From NCBI GenBank assembly GCA_963755915.1, contig CAVWLP010000002.1:3680001-3744000 (forward strand): 64,000 nt of DNA, read 5' to 3'. The notes under the pieces were generated by a model, which ran no database searches, was not told the origin of the DNA, and saw only the letters and a program-made list of their open reading frames with translations. Of the stretch, positions 26,461 through 38,622 are shown one piece after another (position 1 is the first letter of the stretch; each line of letters begins with the position of its first letter). Made by a program: the position numbers and the translations under genes. The stretch is from an uncultured Phycisphaerales bacterium (lineage in GTDB: Bacteria; Planctomycetota; Phycisphaerae; Tepidisphaerales; Tepidisphaeraceae).

Positions 26461-27114
26461 ATGCCCGGAGCCTTCCATCACGAATCCCTCTACCGCGGCC
26501 CCGAAGCGCTTGCGCGGCTGGCGTCGCTGCGCATCACCCTCTGCGGCGCCGGCGCGATCGGTTCGAACCTGGCCGACAACCTCGTCCGCCAGGGCGCGGC
26601 GAAACTGCGCGTCATCGACGACGACCGCGTCGAGCAGCACAACATTTCCACGCAAATCTACGGCGAATCAGATGTAGGCGTCTGGAAGGTCGAAGCCTTG
26701 CGGAACCATCTTTTCCGCGCCTGCGGCATCGAAATTGACGCCGTGCGGAAAAGACTCACCGCGCAAAACGCCGGATCGCTTCTGAAAGATGCCGATCTGG
26801 TTATCGATGCGCTCGACAATTCGCAGTCGCGCCAGATCGTGCAAGACCATGCGCGAGCAACCAATGTCCCGTGCATTCACATCGGCCTGTACGAAGACTA
26901 CTGCGAATCGATTTGGGACGAGCAATACCGCGTGCCCGCGGATCGTGCGAATCAGCATGACGTTTGCGATTATCCGCTGGCCCGGAACCTGGTACTGCTC
27001 GCTGTCGCGATTGCGTCAGAAACGATCGTGAAATGGCCCGCCACCGGCGAGCGTGCGAATCTCTCCGCGACGCTCAAAGATTTTGCGGTCAGGCCCCTGG
27101 TGCAGCGGGTTTGA
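26461..27114 (+). CDS. ThiF/MoeB/E1-family adenylyltransferase
   Basis: GAGAIGS nucleotide-binding loop, DDDRVEQHNISTQ, KVEAL, DLVIDALDN..SR; no CxxC zinc pairs. Confidence 0.9.
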   Translation: MPGAFHHESLYRGPEALARLASLRITLCGAGAIGSNLADNLVRQGAAKLRVIDDDRVEQHNISTQIYGESDVGVWKVEALRNHLFRACGIEIDAVRKRLTAQNAGSLLKDADLVIDALDNSQSRQIVQDHARATNVPCIHIGLYEDYCESIWDEQYRVPADRANQHDVCDYPLARNLVLLAVAIASETIVKWPATGERANLSATLKDFAVRPLVQRV

Positions 27115-27123
27115 AACTGCTGA

Positions 27124-29207
27124 TCACTTCCCCGCCAATTGCGCAACCGCAGCGATAAGCTGCTGCGGCTCCACAGGCTTCGTGAGGTGCATCTGAAATC
27201 CCGCAGTGAGCGCGAATCCGGTCCTCCTCGCGCATAAGCAGTCAGCGCGATCGCCGGCGTATTCCCTCCGCTGGCGGCCGGAAGCTGCCGAAGCATCTGG
27301 ATCATCTGAAATCCATCTTCTCCCGGCATTGCGATATCGCTCACCAGCACGTGCGGCATGCATTTCCCCATGCATTCCATCGCTTCGCGAACCGAACTCG
27401 CCGCCGTGACCATCGCCTCCGCACGCGACAGAATTTCGCGAACCAGCTCGAGCGCATCGGGCTCATCATCGATAACGAGAACCTTCTTTCCCGATAGCTT
27501 GATGCCATTGACGGTATGAGGGGCATTGTTTTTCGGTGCGACGGCCGGCACGGAAGGCGCTTTGTGAAATGGCGACGTCGGCAGTGTCACGGTAAATGTG
27601 GCCCCACTTCCCAGCCCCGAACTGTGCGCCGCCACGCTTCCGCCATGCAGCTCGACGATATGCCGCACGATCGTCAGCCCGATGCCAAGCCCCCCGTGCG
27701 ATCGGGTCATCGTATTGTCCGCCTGGCGAAACCGGTCGAACACAAACGGCAGAAACGCGCCGTCAATTCCCTGCCCCGTATCCGCGATCTGAATCTGCGC
27801 GTGATGATTCACGGACTCGAGGCTCACGTGCACCTGCCCCTGCGGCGGCGTAAACTTCACCGCGTTCGCCAGCAGGTTCCACACCACCTGCTGGAGCCGG
27901 TCAGGGTCGCCGGAAATCTTCGCGCTTGCGCCCAATTCCACTTCCAGTTGGATATTCTTCGCGTCGGCCGCGGGCCGGATCGCGTCAACCGCCGACTGAA
28001 CGATCAGCTCCAGCGGCACATCCGCCATTTGCAGCCGCATCTTCCCCGAGCTGACGCGCGAAACGTCCAGCAAATCCTCAATCAATTTCGTCTGCGCCTT
28101 CACGTTCCGCTCGATGACGTCCAGGCCATGCGCGGCGTCATCAGGCAGTTTCTCGGTGCGCAAAATCTGAGTCCACCCGACGATCGCATTCAGCGGCGTC
28201 CGCAATTCGTGCGACAACGTCGCCAGAAATTCGTCCTTAATGCGATTGGCTTCGCGCTCTTGCGCAAAAATAATGTTCTGAATCGCGATCGAGGTGATCT
28301 GGGCAAGCTGCACAAGGATCGCCTCATCGTCGCTGGAAAACGAGTCCTTGCCGCGGTCCATCAGCAGAATCAGGCCGAGATTCTTGCCGTCGCGACCGCT
28401 CAGCGGCGCCGCCAGCAGCCCGCCCCGCGTCGTCGGCAGCTCCAGCTTGCGAATTATCTCCCAGTCCGGATGCTCGCGCAGCTCCGATTCGCTGAGCCGT
28501 ATCGCGATCGGCGATTGTGCGATGATCGTACCGGCCACGGGCTCAAGCTTGATCGGCCGGTTGCGCCACTGCGAGAAACGGTCCGAAAATGCCGCCGCCG
28601 CGCGGATCGGAGACGGCCGGTGCGTTTGCAATGGATCGGCCAGTATCAGCGAGCCGCAGAAATGGCTCCCGATCAGTTCCCGCGCATAGTCGGTAACCGC
28701 CCGGATCATCTGCTCCACCGACGGTGCGCTGTTAATGGCGATCGACGCGGTCGAGAGCATCTGAAGCTGCCCCGCTCGCCGGCGCAATGCTTCGCTCTGC
28801 CGCCGGGTTTGCGCCGTCATCTGGTAAAGCGAAACGAAAACCCCCACCTTGCTTCGCAAAACTTCCGGCGCAAACGGCGCGGTGAGGTAGTCGACCGCGC
28901 CGAGGCTGTATCCCTTGGCCACCAGCGGGTCATCCCCGAACGCCGTGATAAAGATGATCGGAATGTGCTGCGAGCTTGGGCGTTGCCGAATCAGCTCCGC
29001 GGTTTCAAACCCATCCATCCCCGGCATGTTCACGTCGAGAAGGATGACCGCAAAGTCTTCGTTGAGCAGGCATCGCAGCGCATCACGCCCGGTGTAGGCC
29101 CGAACGATCCGCTGGTCCAGGTCCTGTAGAACCGCTTCCAGCGCCAGGAGATTCTCAGGCTTGTCATCCACGATCAGGATGTTCGCCGGTGCGCCCGCTT
29201 CAGTCAT
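27124..29207 (-). CDS. Hybrid sensor kinase REC-GAF-HisKA-HATPase-REC; apparent frameshift near 27225
   Basis: ILIVDD, LSHELRTP, N/G boxes, second receiver completed in another frame (GFQMHLTKPVEP). Confidence 0.9.
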
Positions 29208-29228
29208 GATCTTCTTCCGTTGTTCTGA

Positions 29229-32200
29229 CTAACGGTGCAGCCACAGCCTCAGCAAACCGAGCAGATGCGGCGTATCGACGGGCTTGGAAATATAATCCGA
29301 AGCCCCGGCTTCGATGCATTTCTCCCGGTCACCTTTCATCGCCTTCGCCGTCAGCGCGATGATCGGCAGGGCCCTGAATTTCGAAAGCTTCCGGATCGCA
29401 CGCATTGTGTCATATCCGTCCATGTCCGGCATCATAATGTCCATCAACACCAAGTCTATGTCGGGCGTGTGCTGCAAAAGCTCAATCGCCGCCCGGCCCG
29501 TCTCCGCCGAAACCACCTGCACCTGGTAGGGCTCAAGGATGCTGGTCATCGCGAAGATGTTTCGCACGTCGTCGTCGACCACAAGAACCTTCTTCCCCGC
29601 CAAAACCGATTCCGCCTGATGGAGATTGTTCAGAACCTGTCGGCGCTGATCGGTCATCTGCGCTACCGGCCTGTGCAGGAAGAGCGACACCGCGTCAAAC
29701 AACCGCTCCGGTGATCGCACGTCGCGCACCGCGCTCGTCTGCGCAAGCCGCTTGATGTGCAATTCCTCTTTACGCGTGTGCGACGCGGCCGAGTAAAGCA
29801 GGATCGGCAGATCCGCAAGTTTCGTCTGCTCGCGAATATCGTCGATCAGATCGAGCGATTTCGCGTCGGGCAGGTTCCATCCAAGCACCATCAGGTCGTA
29901 TTGGCCTTCGTTCAGTTCTTTGAGAGCGGCCGCACCATCGCCGACGGTGGCAACCTGCACATCCGGCCCGCCGATCAGCTCCATCAGTCCAGGGACTTCC
30001 GATTCTTCAGAAATCGCCAGGAGAAGCCGGCGGGTTGTTCCGGCCTGTCCGGCGCGGGAAATGTGCGCGAAAGCGTCGTCGAGCGATTCCTTGTTGCGGA
30101 TCGGCTTGGTCAGCACGCCAATCGCCCCCATGCGGAGCCCGCGGCCGCGTTCCTCATCTGTTGTGATGATGTGCACGGGAATGTGCCGTGTCACCAGATC
30201 ATCCTTCAGGCGGTCGAGCACGCGCCACCCGTCGATGTCAGGAAGGTTGATGTCGAGAGTGATGGCATGGGGCGAGATTTCCCGGGCCAGCGAAATCGCC
30301 GAGGCGCCGCGCGATGTCACCACGGCTTTCATTTGCCGTTCGTGGGCCATTTCAACCAGGATTCGCGCAAAGCTCGGATCGTTCTCGACAACCAGCAGCA
30401 CCTGGTCTCCGAGTCCAATCGATCCCGCGTCGTCGCCAAACTCCTCGACTTGCTGTGCCGGAGCCGATTCCACCGGCGCCAGCACGTCCGATTGCGCCGG
30501 CTCCGGTAGGGCGGTCGGCGCCGTTTCGCGCGGCGGGGCTTCCGCCGTCCGGCGAGCCGGTTTGAGCGGAACATACGCCTGCGGCAGGTAGAGCGTGAAC
30601 GTGCTCCCCACTCCCGGAACGCTGGTGAGCCGAATCTCGCCACCCAGCAACTGCGCCAGCTCGCGGCTGATCGCCAGACCCAATCCGGTCCCGCCGTATT
30701 TTCGGCTCGTGCTTCCGTCCGCCTGCTGGAAGGCCTCGAAAATAATCGCCTGCTTCTCCGCCGGAATACCGATTCCCGTATCCTTGACCGAGAACGTGAC
30801 GACCGACTTGGCCCGGTTGAGACTCTGGTTCTCCGAATTCCAGCCGCTCGTGGCCGTGCCGATTTCGAGCGTAACCGCGCCCTTTTCCGTGAACTTGAAC
30901 GCGTTGGACAGAAGATTCTTGAGAATCTGCTGCAGCCGCTTGGCGTCGGTATGCACGCCGCGCGGCAGCGCCGCGTCCGTTGCCACCCCAAACTCCAGTT
31001 TCTTCGCCTCGGCCACGTGGCGGAACGTGCGGTCGACGAAATCCTGAATGTCACGGAAGTTGGCGTCCCCGATATCGAGGATGACCGTCCCCGATTCGAT
31101 CTTCGAGAGATCCAGAATATCGTTGATCAGCCCCAGCAGATCGTTGCCGGCCGAATGAATCGTCCGCGAGAATTCCACCTGCCGGTCCGTCAGGTTCCCT
31201 TCCGAATTCTTTGATAGCTGGTCGGAAAGGATGAGCAAACTGTTCAGCGGCGTACGCAGCTCGTGCGACATGTTCGCCAAAAATTCGCTCTTATATTTCG
31301 AAGTCAGGGCAAGCTGCTTCGCCTTTTCTTCCAGCGCCTGCCTGGCCTGCTCCACTTCCTTGTTCTTCCGTTCCACTTCCACGTTCTGCTGCGCCAGCAG
31401 CTTGGCCTTGTCTTCCAGCTCGGCGTTGGTCTGCTGCAACTCTTCCTGCTGGCTCTGAAGCTCGCGCCAGAGACTGAGACTGCTTCAGCAGGTCTTCGGT
31501 TCTCATGTTCGCTTCGATGGTATTGAGCACGATGCCGATCGATTCCGTGAGCTGATCGAGGAATGTTTCGTGCGTCGGATTAAACCGGTCGAAGCTGGCA
31601 AGCTCCATGACCGCTTTCACATCCCCTTCGAACACGATCGGCAGCACGATAATGTTCAGCGGCCTTGCTTCACCGAGGCCCGACGTAATCTGGATATAGT
31701 TGCTCGGCACATTGGAGAGCAGAATCTTCTGCTTTTCTAACGCACACTGCCCGACCAGTCCTTCGCCCAGCTTGAATCGGTTGTCGATGTTCTTGCGTTC
31801 TTTGTACGCGTAGCTCGCCAGCAATTTGAGATACGGCTCGTCCGCCTTCTGCGAGCTGTCCATCATGTAAAACACCGCCTGCTGCGCCGAAACCACTGGT
31901 GCAAGCTCCGACAGAATCAGCCTGCCGACGGTCAGCAGATCCTTCTGCCCCTGAAGCATTCGGCTGAACTTGGCGAGATTCGTCTTGAGCCAGTCCTGCT
32001 CCGCGTTTTTGAGCGTCGTTTCGCGGAGATTTCGAATCATTTCGTTGATGTTATCCTTCAGTGCCGCCACTTCCCCCTGCGCGGCCACCGCGATCGACCG
32101 GGTCAGGTCTCCCTTCGTCACGGCCGTTGCCACCTCAGCGATGGCTCGCACCTGCGTCGTAAGGTTCGCGGCAAGCTGATTCACATTGTCCGTCAGATCG

Positions 32201-35200
32201 CGCCACGTTCCCGACGCCCCCGGCACCGACGCCTGCCCGCCCAGCTTTCCTTCCACGCCCACTTCGCGGGCCACCGTAATAACCTGATCCGCGAACGTAG
32301 CCAGCGTATCGATCATGTTGTTAATCGTGTCGGCCAGTTCGGCGATTTCGCCCTTCGCTTCCACAGTCAGCTTTCGCTTCAGATCGCCGTTGGCGACAGC
32401 GGTCACGACCTTCGCGATATCGCGCACCTGATTGGTAAGACGCTCGGCCATGAAGTTCACGTTGTCGGTCAGTTCTTTCCACACGCCGGCAACGCCCTTC
32501 ACTTCCGCCTGGCCGCCAAGTTTTCCTTCCGTACCCACTTCGCGGGCCACGCGCGTCACTTCCGATGCGAAGCTATTGAGCTGGTCCACCATCGTATTGA
32601 TGGTATTTTTCAGCTCCAGGATTTCCCCCTTCACGTCCACGGTGATTTTTCGCGACAGGTCGCCATTGGCGACAGCCGTCGTCACGACGGCGATGTTTCG
32701 CACCTGTGCCGTAAGGTTACCGGCCATGAGATTCACCGAGTCGGTAAGGTCTTTCCACGTACCGGCCACGCCCTTCACGTCCGCCTGCCCGCCCAGTTTG
32801 CCTTCCGTACCCACCTCGCGCGCCACGCGCGTCACTTCCGAGGCGAACGATCGGAGCTGGTCCACCATCGTATTGACGGTGTTTTTCAACTCGAGAATTT
32901 CCCCCTTCACGTCCACCGTGATCTTTTTGGAAAGGTCACCGGCGGCCACCGCCTTGGTCACGTCAGCGATGTTTCGCACCTGGTCCGTCAGGTTGCGGGC
33001 CATGAAGTTCACCGAGTCGGTCAGGTCCTTCCACGTCCCGGCGACCCCTTTCACTTCCGCCTGGCCGCCGAGTTTTCCTTCCGTACCTACTTCGCGCGCC
33101 ACGCGGGTCACTTCCGCCGCGAAGCTCGAAAGCTGATCCACCATCGTGTTCACGGTGTTTTTCAACTCGAGAATTTCCCCCTTCACGTCCACGGCAATCT
33201 TCTTGGAAAGGTCGCCCGCCGCCACGGCTTTGGTCACGTCCGCGATGTTTCGCACCTGCGACGTGAGATTGCCTGCCATCAGGTTCACGTTATCCGTAAG
33301 GTCTTTCCACGTACCGGCCACGCCGCGCACGTCGGCCTGCCCACCCAGTTTTCCTTCCGTACCCACTTCGCGGGCCACGCGCGTCACTTCCGATGCAAAG
33401 CTGTTGAGCTGGTCCACCATCGTGTTGATCGTGTTTTTCAGCTCCAGAATTTCCCCTTTCACCGGCACCGTGATCTTCTTCGAAAGGTCCCCCTTGGCCA
33501 CGGCCGTCGTCACTTCCGCGATGTTTCGCACCTGCCCCGTCAGGTTCGACGCCATTGAGTTCACCGAATCCGTCAGGTCCTTCCACGTACCGGCAACGCC
33601 GCGCACCTCGGCCTGCCCGCCCAGTTCTCCTTCGGTGCCCACTTCGCGCGCCACGCGTGTCACTTCCGATGCGAACGAGCTAAGCTGGCCCACCATCGTG
33701 TTGATCACGTTCTTAATCTGAAGAATCTCACCGCGCGCATCGACGGTGATCTTCTGCGTCAGGTCGCCATTTGCGATCGAGGTTGCCACCTTCGACACGT
33801 CGCGCAACTGCACCGTAAGGTTCGACGCCATCGAGTTCACCGAGTCCGTAAGGTCTTTCCACGTTCCGGAAACGCCGCGCACTTCAGCCTGGCCGCCAAG
33901 TTTTCCTTCGGTACCCACTTCGCGCGCCACGCGGGTCACTTCCGCCGCAAAGCTTGAAAGTTGGTCCACCATGACGTTAATGGTATTTTTCAATTCGAGA
34001 ATTTCCCCCTTCACGTCGACGGTGATCTTCTTGGAAAGGTCCCCATTGGCCACCGCCGTCGTCACCTGCGCAATATTTCTCACCTGCGACGTCAGATTTC
34101 CTGCCATGAGGTTCACGTTGTCGGTCAGGTCCTTCCACGTGCCAGCGACGCCGCGCACGTCGGCCTGGCCGCCCAGCTTTCCTTCCGTACCCACTTCGCG
34201 CGCCACGCGTGTTACTTCCGCCGCGAAGCTCGAAAGCTGGTCCACCATGACGTTGATGGTGTTTTTCAGCTCGAGAATTTCCCCCTTCACGTCGACGGTG
34301 ATCTTCTTGGACAAGTCGCCGTTAGCGACGGCCGTCGTCACCTGCGCGATGTTTCGCACCTGCGACGTCAGGTTACCGGCCATCGAATTCACCGAGTCCG
34401 TCAGGTCTTTCCACGTACCCGCCACGCCGCGCACGTCCGCCTGCCCGCCCAGTTTCCCTTCCGTACCCACTTCGCGCGCCACGCGCGTCACTTCGGATGC
34501 GAAGCTGTTGAGCTGGTCCACCATCGTGTTGATCGTCTGCTTGAGTTCGAGAATTTCCCCCTTCACGTCGACGGTAATTTTCTTCGACAAGTCCCCATTC
34601 GCCACCGCCGTCGTCACCACCGCGATGTTTCGCACCTGTGCCGTCAGGTTACCGGCCATCAGGTTCACCGAGTCGGTCAAGTCTTTCCACGTACCGGCCA
34701 CGCCCTTCACATCCGCCTGCCCGCCCAGTTTTCCTTCCGTACCAACTTCGCGCGCCACGCGTGTCACTTCCGAAGCAAACGATCGAAGCTGGTCCACCAT
34801 CGTGTTGATCGTATTTTTCAGCTCCAGGATTTCCCCCTTCACGTCCACGGTAATCTTCTTCGATAAGTCGCCGTTCGCGACCGCCGTCGTCACCTGCGCA
34901 ATGTTTCGCACCTGCGCCGTCAGGTTCGCCGCCATCGTGTTCACCGAGTCGGTCAAATCCTTCCACGTTCCGGCGACTCCCTTCACCTTCGCCTGCCCGC
35001 CCAGTTTTCCTTCCGTACCCACTTCGCGCGCCACGCGGGTCACTTCCGCCGCGAAGCTGCCAAGCTGCTCCACCATCGTGTTCACCGTGCGCGCAGTGCG
35101 CAGGAATTCGCCCGCCAGCGGACGCCCTTCGATTTCCATTGCCATGCTCTGCGACAGGTCCCCCTTCGCCACCGCCCCGATCACGCGCGACGTTTCGCTC

Positions 35201-35655
35201 ACCGGATAAACCAGGTCGCTAATCAGCGCGTTCACCGAATCGACCGATGCCCGCCACGATCCCGTCACGTCTCCCATCTCCGCGCGCTGCGAAAGCTTTC
35301 CTTCCTTACCCACCACCCGGCTCATTCGCTCCAGCTCCTCCGCCATCCGCTGATTCAATTCGACCACCTCATTGAACACGTCCGCGATCTTCCCATCCAT
35401 CCCCGGCAGATCCAGCGGAAGACGCGCCGTGAAATCCCCCTTCTTCAGCGCCAACAACGCGCGCAGCAGCATCGTCTTGTTCAATGCCTCCGGCTCCGCT
35501 TTCGGCGTTCGCAGAATTTCCGTGATCGATGGCTGATCCGTCAGCGCACTCTCGGCCTGCGATGAGCGATGCCCATTTCCATTCCCCCCATCATTACGGC
35601 CCGTCTTGTTCGACTTGGAGGGACGCGTTTCGCTCGAATGAGTGGTGTGCTTCAT
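29229..35655 (-). CDS. Giant poly-HAMP hybrid histidine kinase with GAF and three receiver domains; apparent frameshift near 31460
   Basis: About 12 repeats of ~92 aa ([19 protein letters not shown]), [18 protein letters not shown], three REC domains. Confidence 0.92.
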
Positions 35656-35873
35656 TGCAAAGTCTCCGACTTGTTGCCCTGATTTAGACGATGCCCGTTC
35701 GGCCGTCCGCGCGGACGGATTCATCATCCAATTTATCCATGAAAAGAATTTTCAGACAATGCGGAAAATCTGAGAATTTTCGGCAAATCAAAACGGGCTC
35801 AGGAACTGACGTTGACGAGCCCGCATTCCATTCGCTAAAACCCAATTGACGCGAGAGAAAAAGGAGTGCTGCA

Positions 35874-36380
35874 TTGAAGCCGTTTTATGTGGCCGACCTC
35901 ACCACCCAGGGTGAGCTTCGCCAGATCGCCGAATACGATTACGCCGCCTTAGAGCGCATTGGCGGCGCGATCGACGTTATCTCCCGCTGCTCATGTGAGT
36001 TATGGAAAAACCCCGAAGAGATGGAAGCCCAGCTAAGCGACTCAGGCCAAACCCTTCTTCGCTGGCGATCCACCGCTCCCACCGCCGGAATCGCCACCGT
36101 CCGCCGCGCCGATCAACAACTCGTTTCCTTGAGCCTGCTCGCCGCCGGCCATGATCCCGCCGCCGATGCCTCAACCCTCCAGGCGGCGCAAACCCACATC
36201 GTTCGCGAATTGCGCCAAACCGCCTTCGAGCCCGCGTTCGATCTGATCCATATCAAGCAGCGCCCATTGGTCGCAACTATCACCTTCGCCGACGGCAGCG
36301 CCGACTCCGAGCAAATGGTCGAAGCCCTGGCAGACCGCTGCTTCGCCGCCGCCTATTTCAGATATCTGGGACTCGCCTGA
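35874..36380 (+). CDS. Hypothetical protein
   Basis: AAGGAG RBS upstream of TTG start; 168 aa. Confidence 0.7.
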   Translation: MKPFYVADLTTQGELRQIAEYDYAALERIGGAIDVISRCSCELWKNPEEMEAQLSDSGQTLLRWRSTAPTAGIATVRRADQQLVSLSLLAAGHDPAADASTLQAAQTHIVRELRQTAFEPAFDLIHIKQRPLVATITFADGSADSEQMVEALADRCFAAAYFRYLGLA

Positions 36381-36401
36381 AAATCCGTAACTACGATCGC
36401 A

Positions 36402-38313
36402 CTATTTCGCGCGCCGCCGATTAACGCGCCGCGACAGCGCTCCCGCGCTCGCCACCGCCAAGAGCCCAATCGACATCGGTTCCGGCACCGCCCCAATCGC
36501 CGGCAGCGGCAACCCGTTCGCCACTGCAAACGCATCCAGCGCCGCCAGGTCCGCCGGCGTCACCGCCGAAAGATTATCCCCCTGCCCAAAATTCGCCGCC
36601 AGCGCCGAAAATCCGATCCGTTCACGGAGTTCGAAAACAGGAAATTCCCCTGGTCCCAGTTCGTAACCCCCAGCCCGAAATTCGCCGCCAGGATGCTGAA
36701 GTCGCTCCCGTTCACCGTCCCGTCCAGGTTCGCATCCCCCAGCAGCGTATATTTCACCTCAATTAATCCCGACGAAAGCCCGGCCACGATATGGTTCGCC
36801 CCATCCGCCCAACCCACGCCATAATGCAGCCCATTATGCAGCGTTTGCGCGGCCGATGAAATGATCCCGCTTCCGTTCCACGTGCCGTTGTTGTAGCCGC
36901 TCTTCAGCTCCGCGTAGACGGTGCTCATCGGATCGCCGCCGTTGGAATAATTCACCAGCAGCTCGTTCTTGGTGATGTCGACGGTTCCGCCGACCGAGAG
37001 GTTGTCGACCTCAATAACATTGCCGGAGCCTTGGATGGTCGCCGTCCCGCCCGCCGCGACCGAAAGCGTGTTGGCCGTTGAGGAGTTCCCGAATGCGATA
37101 GAGGCGTCGCTGTCGACCGTGATAATCGACTGATAGATCACCGACCCGCCGCCGCTCTGGGTAATTTTATCCCCGCTGTCAATGGTCAGGGGATTAGCGA
37201 TAATCAGCGAAGCGCCGCTGGCGACGTTGAAAACCGTATTGCTGGCAATGGTCGTGGGGATGTTGATCTCCTGCGTGCCGTTCTGCACGATCACCTCGGC
37301 ATCGCCGCTGGACGCCTGGAGTGTCAGTGAACCGGTTCCCGTGATTTCGTATTCATTGGCGTTATTGAAATTGATGGTCCCAACCGTGATCGCCGAATCG
37401 GAATAAACGGTGGTATTGGAAGTGGCCGCGCTGTAGAAGTCGGCTTCCGCGCCGCGCCGTTGGGCACCACGCCGGTCCAGTTGTTCACATTGTTCCAGCT
37501 TCCCGAGCTCGTAGAGTTCCATTGCTGAGGGGCGGTGGTGCTGGTGATGGCGAGGTTGTTCAACTCAATATCGCTGCCCCCCTCGCCGTTATCGTTGTAA
37601 ACGGCGAACTGTGAGGGCCCGCCGGTGCCCATCGAAATCTGCCCGGTAAATGTCTGCGACGCCCCGGTAACGCTGCCGTTGACGGCCGACGTGACGGTAA
37701 ACGTGTAATCGCCCGAGGAATCGTTCAGCTCAAAGGCGAACGTATCGCCGCTCAGATAATTGTACGGGACCGTTGTCTCCAGCGTATCCGACTGCGTGGC
37801 ATCGGTCAGAAAATATCCCGAAGCGCCGCCGGCCGTGTGGAAGTCGAAAAGCGTGTTGCCCGAAGAATCCTCCAGGGCCCATCCCAGTGCCGAGCCACCG
37901 CCTTGCGTTTGATTGGCGTAATGCAAAACGTCGGAGAATTTGAAGACCTGGTCGGGCGATAGCGCGCCGCCGGTGAACGGGCGGACGGCCGTCGTCACGT
38001 CCACGCCATAGTCGCCGCCGCCGTTGCCGTCGTTGGTGTCGTTCCATACATCGAAGTCGGGCTCAGTGACGACGCCAGTGTTGTCGTAGGTGCTGCCGTT
38101 GATGTAATCGCCGCCGGTGCCGGTGATGTTCACAGTCCAGGGCCCGAACCCTGTGCCCCCGTTTTCGCCGGCGAAAGCGTCGTACAACGTGTAAGCCGAA
38201 TTGGAAGCGTTGTCGGAAGCCGTATCAGCCGCACGAGCGGCGCGGATTCCGAAAGATGCCACTGTCAGCGCCGCAGCGCCGACGACGATAGACTGCCTCG
38301 TTTTCGATTGCAT
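36402..38313 (-). CDS. Secreted PEP-CTERM protein with dockerin-like GDANLDG module; apparent frameshifts near 37455 and 36600
   Basis: Signal peptide MQSKTRQ..., joined ORFs, ends AVPEPMSIGLLAVASAGALSRRVNRRRAK-stop. Confidence 0.8.
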
Positions 38314-38622
38314 GTGACCTCCTCTGACGAGCCTGCCTCTGGAACGTTTGTGCGATTTGAACGGCGGCAATTTATCAATTCGACGCCAGCGCAATCTATG
38401 TCTTTTCGCGCCAATCTCGCTCCGTTTTGCGGCGGGCATCCCCGATGTGAAGGGCGGCAATGTTTATCGTATAAACCAGTAGAATCTGGAGAATCTGCAA
38501 GGATCGTGTCACCTGTACGCCAGCCCCCAATCGTCTCGATTGCGACAAACAGATCGCGCAAACAAAAACGTGCCGAGTCAGGCTCGGCACGTGCGGAGGG
38601 TATTACGTCGCGCGAACTCTAA

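Noticed and set aside
18770-27120. tRNA array as part of a prophage or integrative element
   Set aside because: No integrase, phage structural gene or att-like duplication is seen in the window
32150-35350. Long tandem DNA repeats as a CRISPR or mobile array
   Set aside because: They are in-frame HAMP coding repeats with no unique spacers
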